Positions 1 through 11,900 of a DNA stretch of 37,700 bases are shown one piece after another. Each line of letters opens with the position of its first letter. Within the stretch, counting starts at the first letter, position 1. The DNA comes from Choristocarpus tenellus KU-1152 (taxonomy: Eukaryota > Protista > Phaeophyceae): assembly GCA_964200185.2 (NCBI GenBank), contig CAXNAD020000037.1, positions 1 through 37,700 of the forward strand, in the 5' to 3' direction. The notes beneath the pieces were generated by a model, which was not told the origin of the DNA, did no database searches, and saw nothing but the letters and a program-made list of their open reading frames with translations. A program made the position numbers and the translations under genes.

Positions 1-65
1 CCTCTAAGATACTTTCACTCTAGATCCTGGGGGCAGAGTGGCCTTGGCGGCTCTCCTTGTCTCAC

Positions 66-352
66 CGTCGTGGTTCATGTTGCTGTGTAAGTCACGCACG
101 TGTGTGCTCACAGACCTTCTACAATTAACTTAAAAAAGATGTCCGGAAATCTTGCTTTTTTTTCGGTATCACCACTCCAGGCAAACTTGGGCAGCTACGT
201 ACCCCCGACCAGGTTTCTACAAGGAGTTCGGTCAACCACTTCATTTTTGTCCGTTTGAAGTCTTCACCTTCAAAACTGCGCTGGAGATGTTCCACCGCGT
301 TTTTACCATTATTTGATCGGGACATAGGTCCCGTTCTCCGAAGCCTGGGCAT
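66..352 (-). CDS. Possible 5' exons of a divergently transcribed gene of unknown function (exon 352-203, 17-nt exon 82-66; continues off-window)
   Basis: ATG at 352 (MPRLRRTGPMSRS...LVETWSG), GTACGT donor at 202, ttacacag acceptor ending at 83, GTGAG donor at 65; CpG-rich context. No recognisable domain. Confidence 0.35.
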
Positions 353-854
353 TCGCGCATACAAACCCTTAAAAGCTCTTGTCATTCCCTTTTATTTGAT
401 ATATGCAGTCCTGTATGACTGTTTTGGCGCTCCAATGAAAAAAGATTGCCACAGAGGGCAAAGCTACTGGTACCACCTTATTAGGTCCACGAATCATAAC
501 GAATCAATGGTCAATAACTCATCAATACAAAATACAAGGCTGTAAGATCGGATGTAGATGTAAAGATATGTAGGGGGGAGAGGGGCGGAAGGCTACAGTA
601 CGAGAGGGGTGGTAGGCTACGGCAGGAAAGGGGCTGTCAAATCCCGTTTACGACAGATAGATAGTGTCCATCACAACACAAGTAGCTCTATCAGTACGTG
701 TCATGCGTGTTACGGTGGAGACACGAGAGAGATTGTCACTAAGGGGCTTGTTAGATTATTGGGATGCTTTCCTAGATCCATGGGGTGTAGGGCCTAGCTA
801 GTTTGGAGGCATAGGAGGGCAGTGATGTAGAATAGATAGTAAAATAGTAAATAG

Positions 855-1838
855 ATATCTTTCACATTTACGACAACTGTTACTTTTTCAGGGGTTATTC
901 TGATATGTGATTGGCTTTTCATTGTTTTTTCTCTTGACACATCTACAAAATGTTAGAGGGCATAAAAATAAAAATACGAGAGACTGTCGAAATATTTTGA
1001 TTTTAATTTTTTGAAGATTGGAGGTATAACATCAATGTACGCATGACATCTACGACACTGCTACCCATACAGGGGCCCTTGTGATATTGGTTCGACTTTA
1101 TACCTGACACACCTGAAAAATGTCAGAGGGAATAATAATATGTATTTTGAAGATGTTATCATCGAGAAGAACGAGGAGGTGAACGAAACACATTATATTA
1201 TTATGCCCTCTGACATTTTATGGATGTTCTAGGGGAAAAAAATAATAAAAACTATTCACATGTCTCAAAAATCCCTAAAGAAGTAACAGTTGTCACAAAA
1301 GTTAGAAATGTTGATCTATTTTCTATTTTACTACTCTCTATGTGGTACTACTGCCTTCCTGTGTCTTAAACCTGTTCATCAAAAGGTGTCATGGTATGAG
1401 TTCAGTATTTTGGACTTTAATCCGCTGCACTATAGCATTTCGATGACATTAATCGCTACTGTATATATATATTGTTATGCTCTCTTAACATTTCGCAGAT
1501 ATGTCAGGTAAAAAGCCAAACCAAACCATTATCACAAGGACCCCTGTAAATGTAGCAGTTGTCGTAAATGTGAAGGATACTTTTCTAAAATCTATGTACA
1601 ATTTGAATTGCACCTATACTATAACACTCCCTTACATGTTGGTACTTCCTTCCGGAATAAATATTGGTATGCTCTCTTAACATTTTGTAGATATGTCGGG
1701 GAAAGTGCCAAACCAAACCAATATCACAAGGACCCCTGTAAATGTAGCAGTTGTCGTAAATGTGAATGGTACCTTTCTAAAATCTATATAAAATCTGTAG
1801 CACCCCCTTAATTGTTGGTACTTCCTACCGGAATAAAA
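855..1838. repeat. Modular foldback/inverted repeat cluster: five diverged copies of a ~110-140 bp unit
   Basis: Core TATGC(C/T)CTCT(A/G)ACATTTT...ACCCCTG...GTA(G/A)CAGTTGTCGTAAATGTGAA on - at ~855-970 and ~1040-1140, and on + at ~1197-1305, ~1471-1661 and ~1662-1838 (the last two form a close ~190-bp tandem). Confidence 0.85.
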
Positions 1839-2196
1839 TGTAACATAACTTTTGCAAGCTTCGTTCTTGTGCGGGAACGACCCATGTGATAGACTCTCTG
1901 GATGAGGGTTAATTCTCATATAGATTGGGAGGCGTGAAAAGTAAGTTTGAAATGGGCTGTCATGACTGTGGAGGATCGCTAGTGCAAAGTTGACCAAGTC
2001 GCATTTGACAGGGTTCAAAAACCTTGTGAAACTGTCAAAGTGGGTGTTGATTGGGATGCCTAGGACAGAGACCCCCTGTCGTTTGAGTGGCTCGCTCATC
2101 CCATTGTCACCCATCGGTCCCAATTCTTCACCCAAGAAGAAGTCTGTCTGGGGCCCAGACTCAAACACCACAACAAAGAACAGCATGATGGTGTGA

Positions 2197-2900
2197 TGGC
2201 GCAATGCCTGAAGTCAATAGGGCGCAAGACTCAGAGGCCTCAGGAGAAGGCAGTGGCCATCACGGAGGACTTCAGAATTTCCTGAATCACTGCATTCCAT
2301 GATATGAAGGAGTATGATAGTCAGATCGCATGGGGTGAATGCATGGACCTTCTACAATGTTGCAAGGGGCGATGTGGCTGCCACACAAGTATCCTCAACA
2401 TTTGGGGTGTCCCAATGGTACACCACACATTCTTTTGCAAATGGGTGGCCAAGCTGGGGTCCCCCTTGCCTCATTGTGGGATCTGTACAAGCTCAAGAAT
2501 GTGAAGGTCGAGTGATGGATTAAACCCGTCCTCTCAGACCAACAGAAACCCAACAGGGTGAGTTTCGTCATCAGCCACTCGCACAGGAGGGGGGGAAGTG
2601 GGGTATTAGTGGACGATCTGTATGGCTGGGTGCATGTAGACGAGAAGTGGCTTTACATCCTCGAAGATGGGCAAGGTGTGTACCTGCACCCCACTTAGGA
2701 CCCCCCCAAATCCCCATGACCACAGAATAAGTGTTACATTACGATAATGTTCCTTGAAGCAGTGGCCACCCTAGGAAGAGCACTCCAACAGGTGTGGTTC
2801 GGTGGGAAAATCAGGATCTGGTTAATCGTAGACATTAAGGTCTCTCAGTGCTCCAGCAAACACTGCCACAAGGGCACTTTTAGGTTTTTGTGCCAGCCAG
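2197..2900 (+). mobile_element. Decayed Tc1/mariner transposase, plant-type DD39D (Soymar/Osmar-like) group
   Basis: Across stops and frameshifts it reads KGRCG, WIKPVLSDQQK, WVHVDEKWLY (first catalytic D, around 2630-2650), IMFLEAVA, WFGGKIRIW and QCSSKHCHKGT, matching the family motifs IKPxLT, HIDEKWFY, KVMFLxAVARPR, FDGKIGxWP and KRSSxNRxxGT. Truncated before the QQDNA motif. Confidence 0.88.
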
Positions 2901-4199
2901 TGAACAGGGGGATGTTTGAGCTAGCTGTAGATGTGTAACTGTTACATCTTCGATCTACAACATGAATGGCAAACAGGGAATTATGCAGTTCCTAATTTAA
3001 GAAAGCACCACACGCCAGGGCCCTAGTAGATAGCATTATAGGAACAGATACACCACATTCTAGGCCATCCATCCCATCACTAGTATGTTCAAAACATATA
3101 AATTGACTACAGGAGGTAGAAGGAAGGAGGGGTGGTCTCAGATGCCAGATACAAATATTATCATCCACTACTACTCAGCCTCTATACGAATAGCTACTGC
3201 GATCTTTAATCTATGTTACACCTTGCTCCTGTCCATGGAGTACATCAGGAGACGTAGTGAAAAACCACCTTCGAGAATGTCCGCAACACAAAAAACTCAG
3301 TATCTTGCTTGAAACCACAACTATCATTCAACTTCAATCTTCCTTATCCCTCACTCCTTACATGATATATGCGATTATCTCTGACTTTATGTGTTGATGT
3401 ATGATTTAGGTACCCTTTGTTGGACATGATGAACCCACATTTAGTCTATTATCGGCGTAGTAGTAGTGTTGTAGATGTTTAGTTTTGTTTTGGATTTCCA
3501 ATAATACGTCTACAAAACAATGTTATGTAGGTTAGGAAGGATCTTTTGTGGTCGGATGTTCCCATACTTTTGTTATTTCATTCCTTTTTATGTTCACTGA
3601 CATTTATTCCCTTATAGATTATGTGATCACAGATTTAGGAGACACATGTCAACATCTTTTGACAACAAAGGATGAAGGGAGAAGTCGATTTTAGATCACA
3701 TGAGACACTTGTTTTTGATTAGGAGAAGAAGAGAAGGGTAGAATGGATCTTTTATTGGGTGTATGTTCGAAGTGTGGTTTGATAATACTATATTGTTTAA
3801 AATAGTCGTTTTTTTGTGTTGTTAGAGACATTTTTTACTTGACACAGCAACATCTTACCACAACAATGAATAGGAGGTATATTTTTCCATTATTCCTAAT
3901 CAAAAATCAATTGGTTGGTCGGCAGAATCGGAGTCGGATAGACTTATGATTCGTTGAGACTGGTATGAACTGAAAATGTTCGAGAGAAGAAAGAACAAAC
4001 AAAATCTAAGATCTCCACTCCTACTTTTTTAGACATCCATCCGTCCAACGTTCTTGGTTGCTTAGGTTGGTGAACAAGGACAGAGTATAAGAAATAGGTA
4101 CCAAAATGAACATCATATAGCATTGCCTTGCGTGACTTGGACACATACGGGGAAAGGATAGACAAGTCATCTGGAGAGTGGAAAATACTGTCAACACTC

Positions 4200-4400
4200 C
4201 GCAATAGAAGATTTAGTTACCAAAAGCGCCAGGAAGAGTGTGTCAAGAGATAGACTTGCCACAGGAGAGTGGTCGACCTTGGGGCGGATTGTTTGACCTC
4301 TAAGGAGGAGGCAGGCGTCAGCGCCGTGCCATCCCGCCTTTACTGGAAATTATAGCTATGAAAGGCAACAAAGGGTTTAGTAAGTTTTCCGCGAGTCAAG
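4200..4400 (-). mobile_element. Ty1/Copia reverse transcriptase relic (element remnant may span ~4.0-5.3 kb)
   Basis: Minus strand with one stop and one frameshift: YNFQ*RRDGT / ACLLLRGQTIRPKVDHSPVASLSLDTLFLAL, resembling the RVT_2 segment WVFKxKRDG..KARLVARGxxQRPGVDY..SPVA...RxFLAL. Confidence 0.55.
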
Positions 4401-5814
4401 GTAAGCGATCTTGTCCAGTCCTCAGAATTTGGACTAGTTTTAACGACAATTGCGGTGGAGTGTGCTTGGAAGAGATGGAAGCTTGAATTTTCAATATTTC
4501 ACTATGGCTAGGTGTTTTTGTTTTCGTTTCCTAACCCGAACCTCATAATTTGTAGGCCTTCTTTAAAAGCTATGGGCTCCTTTTGTTTACATGCCACTCA
4601 TCCGACCTGGTGTATAGGTCCTTCATTCCTACGTCCATGAAGTCCCACCAACTTTTGCCTACTTGAGTTCAAGCAGATATTCCGCGTTGATATTGTGTTC
4701 GTATCGTTAAGGTTGTTGTTGTCGAAGTTGCTGGACAGTTCCATCTGTTGCATGTCAATCTTTGCTCGGTCATGCATCGGGTCTTCGATGAGAACGGGCA
4801 TAGGAAACCACCAACAAACCCATACTCTTTTTATCATGGGCACGTCGCCAACATATTGGCTTGAGCATCAGGGGATACGTTTGGTGGTGGGAGGTTCGAC
4901 ATGTGAAGTTTCTCTCCGTTTACTGACCCTCTTGTGGTAAAGCCGAGGATTTCCCGACTACCCCGACATTCAAGGTTTACAACCACTGTCGATGGCATGT
5001 TACGGGGGGAGAGGTAGAAGTGGTTTCACGGCAACTGAGTGCTGTGCTTTTTCCTGTAGCCGACTTCTTGGAATTTTTCTTGTAGGGATAGGCGTGGCTC
5101 AAGAGTTTAGCATGTGCTTGAGTTCAAGCCCCACGTGTCAACTCATGTGTCATCTCCCGTGTTTTTGAACGCCTTGGTAGAAACTATAATGCATGTCCCC
5201 ATGCAGATTCGATTTTCTCTCTGTACTTCTCCACCTTGAACTCGGAGCACCTTCTCTGTACAGTGAAAACCTCACCACCTCCATTATTTCCTGTCTGTTA
5301 GCTTTTGTTTAATTGAAGTACAGATGTACAAAAAACAGTTACAAGTCCTGTGAAGGTATCTTCTGCAGTAGCATTTCAAAGTAGGGGGTTGAGCGAGTAA
5401 GGGAAGTGAAAGAATCCTTGGCAGGGTTGATTTGATAATTTGTGTAAAGATATTTTGACATGAAACCTTCCTACAACTTGCCTTTGTAGAAAATCTGTCC
5501 TGTCCTTGTAATGGAAGTGAAAGCAGATACACTTATGTTGTTGAGGTATGTAAGAGATGGGGCCAGGGCTAGGCTTTTGCAAGGGTGTACCGCAGATGTG
5601 GAGATGAAAGTACAGAATACACAAAATATGTGTCTGCTTTGTGTTGTGACATGATAGTTATTGTGCAATTTTAGTTGTTAAAAAAGTTAAAAACCTTGGA
5701 TTCTTCGTCTGAATGATCAGAAGATCTTGAAACATGCTCACATTTGCTTGCCTTTTCTCTGCCCCATTGTTTAAACCCCCAACTTGACTCTAACGCTCTG
5801 CAACAGATGGTGAT

Positions 5815-5968
5815 ATGGATGCAATGGAGAATGGAAGCGCAACCTCTAGGGCTAGGCTGACGAAAGGGGATCGCTCAGATAAGTATGCTCCGCTTGGGGG
5901 AGGTTACGAAGGTTCAGAAACATCGGAGATATCTGCTGGACCTGAAAAATGGAGGCGTGTTCGAAGAG
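5815..5968 (+). CDS. Probable first coding exon of the GRAM/CNB gene (MDAMENGS...KWRRVRR)
   Basis: Acceptor caacag ends at 5806 after a ctaac branch-like site; GC-rich coding-like frame; GC donor AG|GCAAGA at 5969 gives phase 1, matching the exon at 8731. The acceptor implies a further upstream (UTR or coding) exon. Confidence 0.55.
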
Positions 5969-8900
5969 GCAAGAGGAACAATGGTGGATGGACTTGAGGG
6001 GTGGGGGGAGGGGGAGATGTGGTTTTTCTGGAACTAAGCGTTGCTTATTGAAGTGCGACAGACTGAGAATATTTTTGTATGTCAGTTTTTGATTGAGACG
6101 TGACTGTATGTGTGCGTTGATGTCAACAGATAGTTCTGTTTGATACTGTACTGTGTGGGGTAGTTGGTACTGGGTGGCCCTTGAGTAGAGCGCTGATGTC
6201 TGTCCTACTGAAGTAGAGCAAAATTTTGTTTGGCTACTCAATGTCAGTGAGATTATTTTGAAGATGGAGATGCTCTTTCTGCCTTCTCTAGGGTAAGACA
6301 AAAAAATGTGTATGCTTGATGTTGACCTGAGATAGGGACATGAAATAGTCAAGGGTTAGGGTTCAGGTTTGGGATAGGGTTTGGTTTAAGCATTAATGCC
6401 ACAAGGATAACAGGGCTACCAAATCCTTTGTATCATAATCCTATGCCGAAAGGAGTCTCTCTCTTGATGTATACTTCTCAGTGAATTGCAGGTAGCCCCC
6501 CCCCCTCCCTGTAGAAACTCTGATCTAAGAGATGACCAAATCCATTCTAATGTTGAGGTGCTGATTGTGTTGTGCTCCCCTCCTTTTCCTTCTCTGTTGC
6601 ATATATGTTTCTAGTCCACCTGAGCAAGACTTTGAGTTAGAAAGACTTTGAGCTATAATCGATTTTGGAGTAGGGGTTGACTTTCAGACCTGATTGTTAG
6701 GTTTTGTATGGTTCTTAGATGGCGGTTTATGCAGTTGGTGGAATATTAAAACATGGACTATGCTGACGTCTAGGGTTCGTTAAAGACTGATGCAGTGGTT
6801 CATTATTTTTGCTGTGAACCACACCCCCTTGCTGGACCTCTCAGTATGGTGCTTTCCTATGTACCCAGCAAAGCATGTTGTGTGTTGAATGATCATATCA
6901 ATCATGGTTTTGAACAATTGTGAACTTCCCCACACAGTTACCAGCGTAGTGGTGTGTGCCTAAGGCCTAACCCTAACCCTTGTGCAATCTTGTACTCCAC
7001 TACAGCTCTAAGAAAAGAGAATAGTCACTGTTGATTTGAAACAGTAATCTTACTAGAGTGTAGTATCTGGGAAAGAGATGCATGTGCTGTGGATGAATTG
7101 TAAGGATTAGGGTTAGGGTTAGGGTTAGGGTTAGGGGTTAGGGTTAGGGATTAACTTAACTTCTGGATACCCTGGCAACTTGGTTTGAAGGACTTGAATG
7201 TAGAGTAGATAGCACTTTGACGCAAATCCATATGGAGCGGATCCGATGCCATGTTTTGTTTCTTTACTTTGTTCACAGACATGAATTCCGTTCCAGGAAA
7301 TTCATCCCCCCTGAATCTGGGCCTTCCAGAAAAAAGGACTCTTCACAAGTTTCCCCAACCCTAAGTGAAAATAACTCAGGACTGCTAGAACAATGACTCA
7401 GGATACCTGATAAGTAATTAAGGTGATAGGAAATTACTTCCTTTTATTTTTCACATGAAAGTACCATCTTTTTCAAGGAACGTCGACAAAATTGGACGTT
7501 GGAGTTCTGAATGATTGGAGGCGTGTTGAATTTGCTCAGGAACGGCTCTCGATCAATGATGGGAACAGGTGTCAATCAATGATGACGGACACAAACCAGA
7601 CAGGCATTTCTGTGGTGAGGCAGAGGCAGAGAGAGGTCAATTTACGACAGTACGCCATTACATTATTCTCTTTATTACCTGAGTCATTGCTATCATTAAC
7701 ATTGCTATCTTTAACAGCAGACAGTCACACCATATGATACTGTTAGAGTTAGGGTTAGAGGTTGAGAGTTGAAGTAAACTCAGTCAGTGGTGACTTTTTT
7801 GTTTGTTTTGGGTCCCTCTGACTTTGTGGTGAGACCTGTCTGGAGCTCTCTGTCCCCATCTGTGGTGGTGTTCTCTTATTATGTATTGTTGTTTTTGGTA
7901 TCAATTGGATTTTTTGAATCAACGTCAACATGCTTGATTGGAGTTAGTGTTAGGGCAGTGTAACATGTTCCACATATTTTGTCAAAGCTTTTGACATTGT
8001 GCCGTCCCATGGAAAGGGTTCAAATGCACATTTAGCAACTACCCCTTCTCTGATTTTTGAGTAGTTATTCTATTACCAACATGCCACTTCCAGATTCATC
8101 ATAATATTTGTGGGAAGATTCATATTTTTATTTAATACGGAGTAGTAGTTGGTATGGTTTCTCTCTTTTTTTTTCACTACTTGTTTTCTTTTCTATCTTG
8201 GAGTAGTGTTTCTGTATTTTTGAGCAGTGTGTATTGCCTTCTTTTGACTGTCTTTCAACCAAGGGTTAGAGTTAGGGTTAGATTAATGTGAACAATAGTA
8301 ATAATTACATTAACAATAACATTCATAATATTAATAAATCAGTCCAGTGAAGTCAACAGAGATCTGAGGAGGCAATAAGCAGGAAGAAGAGCCCAAAAAG
8401 GGCATGTCACCAGTTAAGTTCACAGAGATCAAGAAAATATGTATTCAGAAATAAGATGACGACTCAAGTTTCACCTCCAGCATCGGGACCGTAAGATGGA
8501 GCACACGTGCACATGTATTTGAGAGCTTCTATGTAAGGTTAAGTGCTTCCATCTGCTAGGTACAAGCTGCTATCATCAACTCCAAGAAGAGTGTCTTCGC
8601 TTAGGCAAGGGCATCCGGTCCCCTTCCCCATACATATTTTCAAGACTGTTCTAAGAACAATAATACTACTACCGTATGCAGCATTTTATTCATTTCACAA
8701 TAATTGTGCATTTTATTTCATTTTCCACAGGGGCACATGTGAGCTACCAGCCCTTTGATGTGGAGGATTACCAGGATGCCCAGGAAGAAGAGTCACAGGG
8801 GCCCAAGCAGTTCCCCCCCCCTTCAGAGACCAACGATGACTCTAAGAACTGGCCGAAGAGCTGTCCCTTCCTGCACCTGAAGTTTGATGAGTTTTCTATC

Positions 8901-11900
8901 CAGGAGAAGTGCAGTTTCATAGCGTTCTCGTACTACTACTGGTACTTTCTCACATTTGTGCTACTCTTCAGTCTCATGAGTGCCATCGTGACATCGCTCA
9001 TCTCACCCTCTCCCAAGGTTTGTTGGAGTATACAGAGAGGTGTTCCTGTGTTGTGTTTGGAGTTAGGGTTTGGCTTTTGTGTTGTCATTTTGTTGTCCTT
9101 TGTGCATTGTTACACCAGACCACTGTCGATACGTCATTGGTCCACTTTTTCCTTATCCTTGTGTGTTACTTTGATTTTTTTTCTTATCGGTGTATGGGGT
9201 TAGGGTTAGGGCTAGGGTTAGGACTAGGGTTAGGGAAGGAAGAAGTGTGTGCTCACCAGCTCCTTGAAATAACCTAGTCCAACCCTAACCATCAATAGCA
9301 ACCCTCATGCTGTGATCACCCTCATTTTCCCAGTCGGTCTTATTCCTAACCCTAGCCCTAGCCCTAACCCTAACCCAAACCCAAACCCTAACCCAAACCC
9401 AAACCCAAACCCAAACCCAATTTATTTTAATGACAAAACTGTGGCAGGCATGGCCCTACCTCTTACTCTAGTCTTCCTAGAGGAATCCGTTCAGGTCCTA
9501 ATATCATATCAGACCCTAACCCTAACCCTAATATCATATCATACCCTAACCCTAAGCAATTTGGTTCGTAACCCTGGTCCTCATTTTCTCAAACCTGGAC
9601 CCTGGCAGGCCTAAGCAAGGCCTGTGTACATGCATCACTGTCAGTTACACTGTGTTGTTACTAATAGTCATGCCTCAATTAACTCTGACCTCATCAATTT
9701 CTATTTGTAAGTATTTCAATAGTCCTGCCTCACAGGTATAATACCTGTCCAATTGTTGTACTGTAGTAGCCATAACCCTCTTAATTATTGACAGTGACAT
9801 CCTTTACTGTAACCCTGATGCTAAGTACCAATTTTTTTGTAACTCCAACTTGAATTTATAACAGATAGCACAATATAGCCCTAACTCTATCCATGGTATA
9901 TACACAAACATACATAAACCCTAACCCTACATATATACGGTATTGAATCGTCCAATGAACTTAAAAAGCTCTAATATTACTAGTTTCATTTCCATTTGCC
10001 AAAATGAGCAAGTCTAATTAGCGCCTGGCCCTAACCCTAGCCCTAACCCTGTTAACCCTCCTTCATTAATTGTGATCCACAATGTGTGTTGTGTGTGATG
10101 TGTGATGATTGTTGTGCAGGAGGAGACGGTGTACTTGGCTTTTGTGTTAGCGTTCATTGGCTTCTGGTGGTTCTTCTTCGGGCACTTCCGATTGGTAAGC
10201 ATGGGTCAGGGTCAGGGTTAGGGTTAGGGTTAGGGTTGGTAAGTAACAAGAATTTTGTCTCTAATTGAATGTATTACATCAACATGAATATAGTTACAAT
10301 TCATTTTTTACCACAGTAGTAACAGTCATAATGCCATTTTCAACATACAAATCCAACCTTTAGCCCTTGCCCTAACTCTCAGTGTAAAAATGCTCTCATG
10401 TGTTGATTTCTTACTCGTATGACTCTAGATTTTTGGTTTGATGAATAGTGGGGTGTTGTAAGGGCTCAGGCATTTGCTTACATTAGATGCAGTTATTCGC
10501 TGTGTAGAGTTCTTCAAGATATGCGTATCAGGTGTGTCAATGTGTGTCAATGTATGATAGCCTTGCTGTGTATGGTACAATATGGTACAGTGCATGCCAT
10601 GGATTAGGGTTAGGGCATAAATATATTGATTTGATTCGTTGAGTTAGGGTTAGGGTTAGGGTTAGGGTTAGGGTTAGGGTTAGTCTTAGTGATAAAAGTA
10701 TTTAGTAGAAACCTGTTCATGTGCCTTCCTTTTTGGCTATGTGTCAAAAAGAAGAAAAAACTTAGGGTTAGGGTTAAAGACATGTAAGACATGGTGTATG
10801 CTCTACCATGTAAAGGAGGTTAGTTCCATGCGACCTGTACCAGCTGGATGTAGCACTCACCGTCCCTAACTTGATACTGTATTGTATTGTATAGATGTAT
10901 TGTATAGATGTATTGTATAGATGTATTGTATAGATGTATTGTATAGATGTATTGTATTGTATAGATGTATTGTATAGATGTACTGTATAGATGTATTGTA
11001 TAGATGTATTGTATAGATGTATTGTATAGATGTACTGTATAGATGTATTGTATAGATGTATTATATAGATGTACTGTATAGATGTACTGTATAGATGTAT
11101 TGTATAGATGTATTGTATAGATGTATTGTATAGATGTATTGTATTGTATAGATGTATTGTATTGTATAGATGTATTGTATAGATGTATTGTATAGATGTA
11201 CTGTACCTGATATGTCCGCACTCTACCTAACGTGTTTGATGTTGTCAGCTGTATTCAGCCATGCGTTATCGCAAGTCAGTTCTGTACACCCTGTACCAGC
11301 TGGAGACCATTGTGATCTTCTTCTTGGCTTGCTATCAGATCTTCAGTTTGATGGGGAGTATGACTCTGGTAAGTCATTTGAATATATGATGCATGGTACT
11401 GCCTTTGCAATGCCTATGTAGATCAAGCGTTGTTATTTGATGGGTTAGGGTTAGGGTTAGGGTTAGGGTTAGGGTTAGGGCTAGAAAACACCGGAAGTGG
11501 TCATCAATACATACATACATACATGATATACATATATATATATATATTGATATATAACATGTCAACCTAGTATTTATTAGTATAATATACATACATATTT
11601 TGATAACGTGTGAAGCTAGTATTTATTAGTGGTATAGTAGTGATAGTGTGGAACTCACTGGTAGATGGATGGAACAAGGTCTCTATTATTTAAAAGGAAT
11701 ACTCTAACAGTTAATATTTGTTTTGGTACACTGGACTGTGAATGGCAAGCGAAACTCCCTCTGGTGTATCCCACCTATTCTCTCCACTATTGTACTTTTA
11801 TACCAGCAGTGATTCCTTGTTGACAAGAATTCACATCTGCCCACTTTTGGCACAAGACATGGTCAAGGTTAGCAGGGCTAGGGTAAGGGATTGCTTGCAC

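Noticed and set aside
1677-2204. 175-aa minus-strand ORF
   Set aside because: No recognisable domain; it runs into the tandem repeat and abuts the mariner relic, so it cannot be supported as a gene.
7107-7149. True chromosome end or telomere fusion
   Set aside because: Arrays are short, in both orientations and inside a continuous gene.
8340-8630. Alternative genetic code (stop reassignment) to rescue interrupted frames
   Set aside because: The ~1,000-codon main gene has no in-frame stops and ends in TGA; the interrupted frames contain mixed stop types, consistent with decay.
8909-9614. ORFs with GLGLGL, NPNPNP, LTLTLT or VRVRVR tracts (here and throughout)
   Set aside because: They are translations of intronic TTAGGG/CCCTAA arrays, not proteins.
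10820-11221. 133-aa YNTSIQY-repeat ORF, or a CRISPR-like array
   Set aside because: Translation of a 13-bp minisatellite; no unique spacers or cas genes, and the context is eukaryotic.
11807-11866. Exon-like segment with cag acceptors and an aag|gttagc donor
   Set aside because: Phase-0 entry gives an immediate TGA, incompatible with the flanking exons.
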